From: Candidatus Kuenenia stuttgartensis
GTDB taxonomy: Bacteria > Planctomycetota > Brocadiia > Brocadiales > Brocadiaceae
Assembly (NCBI RefSeq): GCF_900232105.1
Contig: NZ_LT934425.1
Span: 2,490,001 to 2,522,000 of the forward strand
DNA length: 32,000 bases
Direction of reading: 5' to 3'
Every line of letters begins with the position of its first letter. Within the stretch, counting starts at the first letter, position 1. A program made the translations under genes and the position numbers. Shown one piece after another: positions 1 through 6,722 of the stretch. The notes under the pieces were generated by a model, which made no database searches, had not been told where the DNA came from, and saw only the letters and a list, made by a program, of their open reading frames with translations.

Positions 1-9
1 TCAAAAAAT

Positions 10-819
10 TTGATCGAATTTTTAAAAAATAAAGCCTTATGGGTGCGTAAAGAGACCTTGAATATTCACAGGATAGCACAGGAAACAAGACTGGCTTCCT
101 CTTTATCTGCTGTGGAGATATTTGTGGCTTTGTTTTATGGTAGGATTCTAAATTTTGATCCCAAAAATACCCTATGGGGAAATAGGGACAGATTTATTAT
201 CAGTAAGGGTCATGGTTCAATTTCATTGTATCCGGTACTTGCAGATTTGGGATATTTTGATATGCAGGAATTGAAACGGGTGTGCAAAGAGGGTTCTTTT
301 CTCGGAGCAATTCCGGATACTATAATCCCCGGATACGAGACAATAAACGGCTCTTTAGGACACGGTCTTGGGGTTGCGTGCGGTATTTCCCTTGCTTTGA
401 AAAGAAAAAACAAAAGTGAAGAAGTTTTTGTACTTCTTGGTGATGGTGAATTATACGAGGGTTCGGTATGGGAAGCAGTCATGTTTGCAGGGGCGCATAA
501 ATTGGATAATCTGGTATTAATAATAGATAACAATAAAATTTGTATGCTTGATTATTGTAAAAATATACTGGATTTAGAACCTCTTAGCGAGAAGTTCAAG
601 ATGTTTAGATGGATGGTTAGAGCAGTTGATGGGCACGACATTAATCAATTATATAAGTCCTTAAAAGAATTAAAAGAGAGTAAAGATAACAAACCAAAAT
701 TATTGATAGCTAGTACTGTAAAAGGAAAGGGTATACCAAGCCTTGAAAATGACCCCTTGAGTCATATAAAAAACATAAAACCTGACGAAATTGACAAAGC
801 AATAGAGGAATTAAAATGA
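10..819 (+). CDS. Split transketolase, N-terminal thiamine-diphosphate-binding subunit
   Basis: 269-aa ORF with SKGHGS..LY, GSLGHGLGVACG and GDGELYEGSVWEA..LDNL..IIDNN blocks typical of the TPP-binding half of transketolase. ATGA overlap with the next ORF. The frame is open to base 1, so the true start may lie upstream of the window. Confidence 0.85.
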   Translation: MIEFLKNKALWVRKETLNIHRIAQETRLASSLSAVEIFVALFYGRILNFDPKNTLWGNRDRFIISKGHGSISLYPVLADLGYFDMQELKRVCKEGSFLGAIPDTIIPGYETINGSLGHGLGVACGISLALKRKNKSEEVFVLLGDGELYEGSVWEAVMFAGAHKLDNLVLIIDNNKICMLDYCKNILDLEPLSEKFKMFRWMVRAVDGHDINQLYKSLKELKESKDNKPKLLIASTVKGKGIPSLENDPLSHIKNIKPDEIDKAIEELK

Positions 820-1778
820 TTACAGAGAGAAAGAGCATGAGGGATGTCTTTATAGAACAGATTTATCATCGTATGTCTGATAACAGCTCAATCTTTTTTC
901 TCTCTGCTGATTTTGGTTCACCGAAGCTTGATAAACTGAGAGAGGATTTTAGTGACAGATTTATAAATGTTGGTATTGCAGAGCAGAACCTAATAAATGT
1001 CTCGACAGGTTTAGCGTTGGAAGGGTTTACTGTGTATGCCTATGCTATTGCACCATTTTTGATAATGAGGGCTTATGAACAGATAAGAAATAACCTCTCT
1101 CTGCTTTCCCATACTCATAAGGTAAATGTAAACTTGGTGGGAGTTGGCGCAGGCTTGAGCTACGATGTATCAGGACCAACGCACCACAGCCTCGAAGATA
1201 TCAGTATAATAAGAACCTTACCCAACCTAAGCATTTTTTCTCCCAGCGATTGTTTACTCGCAGAGAAGTTTGTGGATTATTCAATAGAACACAAAAGCCC
1301 GAAATATATCAGGTTTGACGGTAAGCCATTGCCGGTTATTTATGGAAACACGAAGAGTTTGGATATACAGATCGGATTTTTTGAACTGACAAAGGGCGAC
1401 AATGTATGTTTGGTTTCAACGGGCTATATGACGCATACAGCCCTGAAGGTAGTTGAGAAATTGACCAAGGAAAATGTTTTTATCGGGCTTGTTGATGTTT
1501 TTCTGATAAAACCGCTTTATGAGGATTTACTTTTTGAGGCACTGAGTAAATATAAATATGTGATAACTCTTGAAGAGGCATTTATAAATAAAGGTGGCCT
1601 GGACAGTCTGGTATCAGGCATTTTAAATAATAAAGAAGCAAGCATTAAATTAAAAAAAATGGGATTTAGCGATAAATATCTTTTTGAGATGGGCGGAAGG
1701 GATTGCATGCACAAGTTAAATGGACTGGATGAAGACAGTATTGTCAAAGATATAAAAGACTTGCTGAGAAAGATATAA
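816..1778 (+). CDS. Split transketolase, C-terminal (pyrimidine-binding plus C-terminal domain) subunit
   Basis: 320-aa ORF with GIAEQNLINVSTGLALEGF..YAYAIAPFL.MRAYEQIRN, the typical transketolase/DXS-like Pyr-domain signature. Translationally coupled to the N-terminal subunit. Confidence 0.85.
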   Translation: MITERKSMRDVFIEQIYHRMSDNSSIFFLSADFGSPKLDKLREDFSDRFINVGIAEQNLINVSTGLALEGFTVYAYAIAPFLIMRAYEQIRNNLSLLSHTHKVNVNLVGVGAGLSYDVSGPTHHSLEDISIIRTLPNLSIFSPSDCLLAEKFVDYSIEHKSPKYIRFDGKPLPVIYGNTKSLDIQIGFFELTKGDNVCLVSTGYMTHTALKVVEKLTKENVFIGLVDVFLIKPLYEDLLFEALSKYKYVITLEEAFINKGGLDSLVSGILNNKEASIKLKKMGFSDKYLFEMGGRDCMHKLNGLDEDSIVKDIKDLLRKI

Positions 1779-1786
1779 GGCAGAGA

Positions 1787-3247
1787 ATGGATATAGTCTT
1801 AATTAATCCTGGTGACAGGAAGCAGGTTTATCAAAACCTTGGGGAAGACTACGCTGCAATTGAACCTCCGTTCTGGATTGCTGTAATAGGTGCTTATCTT
1901 AGAAATAATGGGTTTGATGTGGCAGTTATTGATGCAAACGCTGAAAATATTTCTCCACAAGAAACTGCAGAAAAAGCAAATAGATTACAACCGTTATTGT
2001 CTGCAGTAATAGTTTATGGCTCGCAACCTTCTGCATCTACACAAAATATGACAGTTGCAGGAAGAATTTGTAAGGCATTAAAAACAAACACATCTTCGAA
2101 GGTAGCTATAGGAGGACTTCATCCATCGGCATTGCCAAAAAGGACATTAGAGGAAGAAGAGGTAGACTTTGTTATTGAAGGAGAGGGTACTTTTACATTA
2201 GAACACCTTCTTAACATTTTAAGATCGGGTAGCAAGGATTACTCTAGTATTCCAGGCCTGTGGTATTTTGATAATGGAGCTATAAGAAATAATCCAAGAC
2301 CGTCGCTTATTAAAGATTTAGATAAAATGGTACCTATTGCAGCATGGGATCTTTTACCAATGGAAAGATATAGAGCCCATAACTGGCATTGCTTTGATGA
2401 TATAAATAACAGGATGCCTTATGGCGCAATATATACAAGCCTTGGCTGCCCTTACAATTGCGTATTCTGTTGTATAAATGCTCCATTTGGAAAACCAGGG
2501 ATAAGGTATAGAAGCCCTGAATTGGTAGTAGCAGAAATAGGTTTATTGACAAGCAAATACGGCATAAAAAATATAAAGATAGTGGATGAATTATTTGTTT
2601 TTAATGAAAAGCATTACATGTCAATCGTAGATTTAATAATCCGAAAAGGTTATAACCTGAATATGTGGGCTTATGCAAGGATTGATACGATTAAGCAAGA
2701 ACATTTTAAAAAAATGAAAAAGGCAGGAATTAATTGGCTTGCATTAGGTATTGAATCGGCAAGTGTTGTAGTAAGAGAAGGTGTCAATAAGAGGACCCGA
2801 GTAAAAGATATTATAAAAATTATAAGAATGATTCAATCTGAAGGTATTCGAGTGGGTGCAAATTACATTTTTGGTTTACCAGACGACAATCTTGAAACTA
2901 TGCAGGAAACCCTGGACATGGCTATGGGAATAAATTCTGAACTGGCAAATTTTTATTGTGCAATGGCTTACCCCGGCTCGGAACTTTATGATATAGCCAT
3001 AAAGGAGGGTTGGGAGTTGCCAAAGGAATGGTATGGATATTCACAGCACTCTTATGAAACCTTCCCTTTACCGACAAAATATATTAGCGCCAGAGAAGTA
3101 TTAAAATTCAGGGATGATGCATTTCATAAATATTCATCAAGTCCCATTTATCTAAATATGATAGAGAATAAATTTGGGAAAATGGTCAAAGAACATATTC
3201 AAGAAATGACGAAAACCAGATTAAAAAGAAAATTACTTGAGAGCTGA
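1787..3247 (+). CDS. B12(cobalamin)-binding-domain radical SAM enzyme
   Basis: 486-aa ORF. N-terminal Rossmann-like B12-binding region (VAVIDANAEN..., KVAIGGLHPSALP) followed by the CxxxCxxC cluster motif (SLGCPYNCVFCC). This is the only intact copy of a gene whose 3' end recurs three more times downstream. Confidence 0.85.
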   Translation: MDIVLINPGDRKQVYQNLGEDYAAIEPPFWIAVIGAYLRNNGFDVAVIDANAENISPQETAEKANRLQPLLSAVIVYGSQPSASTQNMTVAGRICKALKTNTSSKVAIGGLHPSALPKRTLEEEEVDFVIEGEGTFTLEHLLNILRSGSKDYSSIPGLWYFDNGAIRNNPRPSLIKDLDKMVPIAAWDLLPMERYRAHNWHCFDDINNRMPYGAIYTSLGCPYNCVFCCINAPFGKPGIRYRSPELVVAEIGLLTSKYGIKNIKIVDELFVFNEKHYMSIVDLIIRKGYNLNMWAYARIDTIKQEHFKKMKKAGINWLALGIESASVVVREGVNKRTRVKDIIKIIRMIQSEGIRVGANYIFGLPDDNLETMQETLDMAMGINSELANFYCAMAYPGSELYDIAIKEGWELPKEWYGYSQHSYETFPLPTKYISAREVLKFRDDAFHKYSSSPIYLNMIENKFGKMVKEHIQEMTKTRLKRKLLES

Positions 3248-3273
3248 CTCTCTAAATTGCTCATTGCTCTATA

Positions 3274-3479
3274 TTTCGCCTCTTCGATTTCTGTGACCTG
3301 ATCATCGTGAGAGGATATGGCCTGAATATCTGGGCTTATGCCAGAGTTGATACAGTCAATGAAAGATGCTAGCCAGGAGGAAACAATCGGGCATCAACTG
3401 GGTGGCCTACGGTTTTGAATCCGGGCGCATGAAAGTGCTTGACGGGGTCAGTAAAGGATACTTTCAGAATGAAAAATAA
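3274..3479 (+). pseudogene. Mid-gene fragment of a second B12-rSAM paralogue (frameshifted)
   Basis: Translates as ..DLIIVRGYGLNIWAYARVDTVNE then, after a frameshift near 3360, ..GINWVAYGFESGRMKVLDGVSKGY. This parallels ..DLIIRKGYNLNMWAYARIDTIKQE..GINWLALGIESASVVVREGVNK (about residues 276-345) of the intact gene. The nucleotide sequence is clearly diverged from the intact copy. Confidence 0.6.
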
Positions 3480-3499
3480 AAATATGGAGGAGGAAAAAG

Positions 3500-3721
3500 A
3501 TGGAAGTCATAAGCAAGACAAAGATACTCGGAGATGGTGATATTGAGCTTTCTCCCGAGGCAAAAGAAAAACTCAAAAAATTGGTGGGAAAAACAGTAAG
3601 GATCGTTGTGCAAGAGGAAAAGGAGCTTGCCAGTCCCCTTCTTGAACTCTGTGGAAGGGCCGATGTGAAAATCAAAGACGGCTCCCTAAATCATGATAAG
3701 TATATCTATGGGGGAAAATAA
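3500..3721 (+). CDS. AbrB/SpoVT-type antitoxin (VapB-like)
   Basis: 73-aa ORF with a GGAGGAGG RBS upstream. It has swapped-hairpin-like N-terminal features (ILGDGDIELSPEAKEKL.KLVGKTVRIVV) and a C-terminal NHDKYIYG tail, also seen in the antitoxin-like ORFs at 27235 and 30127. Sits directly upstream of a PIN remnant. Confidence 0.6.
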   Translation: MEVISKTKILGDGDIELSPEAKEKLKKLVGKTVRIVVQEEKELASPLLELCGRADVKIKDGSLNHDKYIYGGK

Positions 3722-3724
3722 CCC

Positions 3725-3910
3725 TTGGAAAAAGCCTTTATTGACATTTCCTACTGGATTGCTTTTTTGAGTCTGTTTAGAAAAATAGAGTATAAAGATC
3801 TGAGTTTTGTAGATTGTACCAGTTTCACCCTAATGAAAAAGGAAGGGATTGCAAGGGCTTTGACATTCGATGCACATTTCGAGCAGATGAGTTTTCTCAA
3901 AGAGCCATAA
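3725..3910 (+). pseudogene. PIN-domain (VapC-like) toxin remnant with a large internal deletion
   Basis: 61-aa ORF with a TTG start. The N-terminal PIN strand (AFIDISYWIAFL) joins directly to the C-terminal PIN block (SFVDCTSFTLMKKEGIARALTFDAHFEQ). About 70 residues of a normal ~130-aa PIN domain are absent. Confidence 0.55.
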
Positions 3911-4069
3911 AGGGTAACAGATGTAGGTAAAAATGGATTGCCATGCGGTAGTGCGGATAAGGTCGTCCGGGAAAGGTTGAAGATGAAAAATAAACCTAGT
4001 GTCTAATTGCATAAATTGTTGATAGTATTTCTCTCCAGAAATCCCTTTATTCTATGGGTATTCGAGGCA

Positions 4070-4083
4070 ACAAGATATCTTGT
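4070..4083. promoter_or_regulatory. Perfect 14-bp palindrome ACAAGATATCTTGT, candidate operator upstream of the mazEF-like pair
   Basis: Read directly from the sequence, 66 nt upstream of the 4149 start. It is nested inside a 16-bp inverted repeat (3996..4011 ctagtgtctaattgca / 4091..4106 tgcaattaaacactag, 15 of 16 matching). A TTGATA -35-like hexamer lies at about 4019. Confidence 0.3.
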
Positions 4084-4148
4084 GTACTATTGCAATTAAA
4101 CACTAGAGAAAAATGTGGGAAGTGTACCAAATTTAAAGGAGTTTCTAA

Positions 4149-4343
4149 ATGAATTACAATCCTGTTAAAATAACCGTTGAAGAGATAAAGCATATCTTGC
4201 CCAGACTTTCGAGGTGCCAGATCATAGAATTAGATCAAAGAATTCACGAATATCTGGAGACATCCCTATTGACCAGGGCTTCAGAAACAGCATTCTCTGA
4301 ATGGGAAGACCCTGAGGAAGACCTCTATAATACCGATGTTTAA
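4149..4343 (+). CDS. Putative antitoxin of the MazF/PemK-like toxin
   Basis: 64-aa acidic-tailed ORF (..SEWEDPEEDLYNTDV) with an AAGGAG RBS. It overlaps the start of the downstream PemK-like ORF by 8 nt. Assignment rests on position only. Confidence 0.5.
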   Translation: MNYNPVKITVEEIKHILPRLSRCQIIELDQRIHEYLETSLLTRASETAFSEWEDPEEDLYNTDV

Positions 4344-4674
4344 ACCCGGCACTATAGTATTGGTCAATTTCCCTTTCACTGATAGCCAGTCTTCGAAGGT
4401 AAGACCTGCTTTGGTGCTTACCAAGAAGGGGGATGACGTTATCATCCTTGGTATTTTTTCCAAGTCCATTGATGGGCTTCGTGAGTCATGGATCAAAGTT
4501 GATGGACTTAACCCGGATTTTCATAAAACAGGATTGAAGAAGACCTCTATCATTAAAACGGAAAAAATCACAGTAATTCACCAGTCCTTGGTTCAGAAAG
4601 AACTCGGTTCCCTCTCCTTTGAATTAATGCAACAAGTTAGAAAAATACTTCGTAAAACTCTGGAAATTGAATAA
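4336..4674 (+). CDS. MazF/PemK-family endoribonuclease toxin
   Basis: 112-aa ORF starting MFKPGTIVLVNFPFTDSQSSKVRPALVL, the hallmark PemK/MazF N-terminal SH3-like signature (G.iv.v.fp......K.RPalVl). Confidence 0.8.
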   Translation: MFKPGTIVLVNFPFTDSQSSKVRPALVLTKKGDDVIILGIFSKSIDGLRESWIKVDGLNPDFHKTGLKKTSIIKTEKITVIHQSLVQKELGSLSFELMQQVRKILRKTLEIE

Positions 4675-4881
4675 AAAGAGGCTGGGCAAGTACATCACGC
4701 AATCCGCAATCGTCCTAATGACCCAATGGCCTATTGATTTTTTGCTATGCGATGTCAAGATTAGATTCTGCTGCCCCATGAAAATGGGCAATTGCAACAT
4801 GCCACAGTGCAACGACTTAAAAAGGCGCGTTTTGGCAAAATGGCTCTTTTTCAGCAGAATCAAGATTAAAGACATGGTCAC

Positions 4882-5241
4882 ATGACAGCCATTGAAACAA
4901 TGCAGGAAACCCTGGACATGGCTATGGAAATAAATTCTGAACTGGCAAATTTTTATTGTGCAATGGCTTACCCTGGCTCTCAACTTTATGATATAGCCAT
5001 AAAGGAGGGTTGGGAGTTGCCAAAGGAATGGTATGGATATTCACAGCACTCTTATGAGACCCTCCCTTTACCGACAAAATATATTAGCGCAAGGGAAGTT
5101 TTGAAATTTCGAGACGATGCATTTTGTAAATATTTCAAAAATGCAGATTATTTGAATATGATGGAAGGAATATTTGGGAAAGAAGTTAAAGAACATATTC
5201 AGGAAATGGCGAAGACGAGATTGAAAAGAAAAATTCTTGAA
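4882..5241 (+). pseudogene. rSAM 3'-end copy B (equivalent to about residues 370-486), lacking everything upstream
   Basis: ETMQETLDMAMEINSELANFYCAMAYPGSQLYDIAIKEGWELPKEWYGYSQHSYE..KTRLKRKILE aligns collinearly with 2894..3247. The tracked ORF reads through to 5406 into repeat sequence. Confidence 0.75.
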
Positions 5242-5344
5242 ACAGGACGTTATATTTTTTCGGAATTCGGAATAGGGATCAGCATGAAGTGCCTCTTTGC
5301 AGACGCTCGATTCTTGGAGAATGGAGTAGTATTTAGGGGTAAAT

Positions 5345-5456
5345 GGGACAGGCTGAATTGTAAGGAGGATTTTGAAATATGCCCAGGATTCCAAGGGGAT
5401 TGGTAGATGGATTTATTTATCATGAGGCGAGAAAAGGTAGAAAGGTAGCCTGTCCC
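5345..5456 (+). mobile_element. RayT(COG1943)-like mini-element, copy 1 (internally deleted; REPtron/MITE-like)
   Basis: Bounded by inverted 10-mers gggacaggct (5345..5354) and agcctgtccc (5447..5456). Inside, ATG at 5379 encodes MPRIPRGLVDGFIYH, the canonical start of COG1943 Y1 transposases (MPR.aR....G..YH..RGN.R). This joins directly to a short K/R-rich tail like the gene's extreme 3' end. Confidence 0.5.
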
Positions 5457-5552
5457 CTTCCCCCCTTTGATTATATATCCCATTGGGGTTATCGATGATG
5501 CGAAGGCTTGTTTAAAAAATGTTTTTGGTAAAAAGAGTGAGGAGGTTGAAAT

Positions 5553-5867
5553 ATGCACAGCTTAATAGAATTATCCCCTAATTTAAAAGGTATATTTAAA
5601 GAATTTGGAGAGAAGGCAGAAGATATAGTAATGAAGGCATTGTCTGCCGGGCTCAGGGAACTTCTGAGAGAGTGCGAAGAGGAAATATTAGAGTTTGAGA
5701 TAAAATATGGACTCTCTTTTGAAAAGTTTAAAGAACATCTCGAAAAGGGAAATGTAGGCGATTTTCACTCTTATCCTTTAGAAAATGACGCAATGTTATG
5801 GGAAGACCTTGAAGAAGAGAAACGGATTAGATTAGAATCATTGCGCAAATTGGAACGACTAGATTGA
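5553..5867 (+). CDS. Hypothetical small helical protein, candidate antitoxin partner of the next ORF
   Basis: 104-aa ORF with a GAGGAGG RBS. Its stop overlaps the start of the downstream ORF. It contains an FEIKYGLSFEKFKEHLEKGNVGD...NDAMLWEDL block of the kind seen in small antitoxin-like proteins (recollection only). Confidence 0.35.
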   Translation: MHSLIELSPNLKGIFKEFGEKAEDIVMKALSAGLRELLRECEEEILEFEIKYGLSFEKFKEHLEKGNVGDFHSYPLENDAMLWEDLEEEKRIRLESLRKLERLD

Positions 5868-6193
5868 TGTTGGGCAACTTAAAAAATGAATTGTTTCAAT
5901 TATTAGAAAAATATTTTCCTTCAATTCGAATCGACAGTAAGGAAAAACGTGGAATTATACTCGAAGTGAGGGCGCATATCGATGAGGCAACTTTCATTGT
6001 GGTTTATGCTAATGCCATAACTGGAAAGAGGAGTTTTGCTCTAATCTCAAAGGGTGAGAGGATAATTGGCTATGACAACTACAAGTTTTGGCACTATCAT
6101 CCTCCTGGCGAGCCAAACAGCCACATTCCTTGTGATGAACCTTCCATAGAATCGATAATTTTAGAGTTTAAGGCTGTACAAGAAAAATACTAA
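5864..6193 (+). CDS. TumE-like / DUF6516-like putative toxin
   Basis: 109-aa ORF. The block GERIIGYDNYKFWHYHPPGEPNSH matches my recollection of the ..RI.GYDN....HHH. core of DUF6516 (TumE family). Needs HMM confirmation. Confidence 0.5.
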   Translation: MMLGNLKNELFQLLEKYFPSIRIDSKEKRGIILEVRAHIDEATFIVVYANAITGKRSFALISKGERIIGYDNYKFWHYHPPGEPNSHIPCDEPSIESIILEFKAVQEKY

Positions 6194-6214
6194 CTTTTTA
6201 CGAGAGGGTAAAAT

Positions 6215-6319
6215 GGGACAGGCTGAATTGTAAGGAGGATTCTGAAATATGCCCAGAATTCCAAGGGGATTGGTATATGGATTTATTTATCATGAGACAA
6301 GGAAAGGTAGCCTGTGCCC
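6215..6319 (+). mobile_element. RayT(COG1943)-like mini-element, copy 2
   Basis: Near-identical to 5345..5456 (gggacaggct...MPRIPRGLVYGFIYH...agcctgtGccc). Same orientation, on the other side of the 5553..6193 gene pair. Confidence 0.5.
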
Positions 6320-6450
6320 TTTGTTTTTAATGCTCTTTTTTTAAAATGCATAACTGTAAGGCATTGATTATATGAGGCTTCCGTAAAGTTTGGAGCATTG
6401 GGTTTTTTGTCATTTGAATTTGTTTCGTATTTCGATATTCGTATTTCGAA

Positions 6451-6478
6451 TTTGGTTGCGGCCAAAGGCCGCTCTAGG
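6451..6478. repeat. REP-like palindromic unit (tttggttgcggccaaaggccgctctagg)
   Basis: Contains the hairpin gcggcc-aaa-ggccgc. It is the reverse complement, 27 of 28 matching, of 6695..6722. Preceded by the short tandem ttcgtatttcga x2 (about 6427..6450). Confidence 0.6.
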
Positions 6479-6503
6479 TACTTCATGGTGATACTATGAG
6501 TAG

Positions 6504-6695
6504 TAAAAATATGGAGGAGGAAAAGGATGGAAGTCATAAGCAATGCAAAGATACTCGAAGATGGTGACATTGAGCTTTTTCCGCAAATTTAAAGGAGGTT
6601 CTAAATGAATCCTGTTAAAATAACCGTTGAAGAGATAAAGCATGTCTTACCCAGACTTTCGAGGCGCCAGATCGTAGAATTAGATCAAAGAATTC
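6504..6695 (+). pseudogene. Second-copy remnant: start of the AbrB-like antitoxin fused to the 5' half of the mazE-like gene
   Basis: 6504..6580 matches 3476..3555 (MEVISNAKILEDGDIEL..). It then jumps to the equivalent of 4128.. (aaatttaaaggag..ATG at 6605, MNPVKITVEEIKH.LPRLSR.QI.ELDQRI). The mazE-like reading frame is cut at 6695 by the insertion. Confidence 0.7.
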
Positions 6696-6722
6696 CTAGC
6701 GCGGCCTTTGGCCGCAACCAAA
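6695..6722. repeat. REP-like palindromic unit (cctagcgcggcctttggccgcaaccaaa), inverted partner of 6451..6478
   Basis: Read directly from the sequence. It forms the first 28 nt at the left junction of the 1.7-kb insertion. Confidence 0.6.

Noticed and set aside
4624-4983. ORFs in the spacer between mazF and rSAM end B (4667..4885 +, 4624..4983 -) and their equivalents in the second copy (8736..8996 -)
   Set aside because: They show no motifs. They cross the boundary into the rSAM-derived sequence in the wrong frame or strand. Conservation between the two copies is explained by the segmental duplication. The spacer contains a 10-bp IR (gattctgctg / cagcagaatc) and small hairpins, but I could not support an RNA gene.
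6424-6450. Short tandem repeat ttcgtatttcga x2 and neighbouring repeats, considered as a possible CRISPR or regulatory array
   Set aside because: There are only two units, with no spacer-repeat periodicity and no cas genes. It is adjacent to a REP-like unit and is probably part of that repeat family.
5068-6570. ORFs 5068..5394 -, 5250..5558 - and 6283..6570 - (containing KGTGYLS-type peptides)
   Set aside because: They run across the RayT-like mini-elements and REP-like repeats, and their apparent conservation is repeat-driven. They are spurious translations of repeat DNA.
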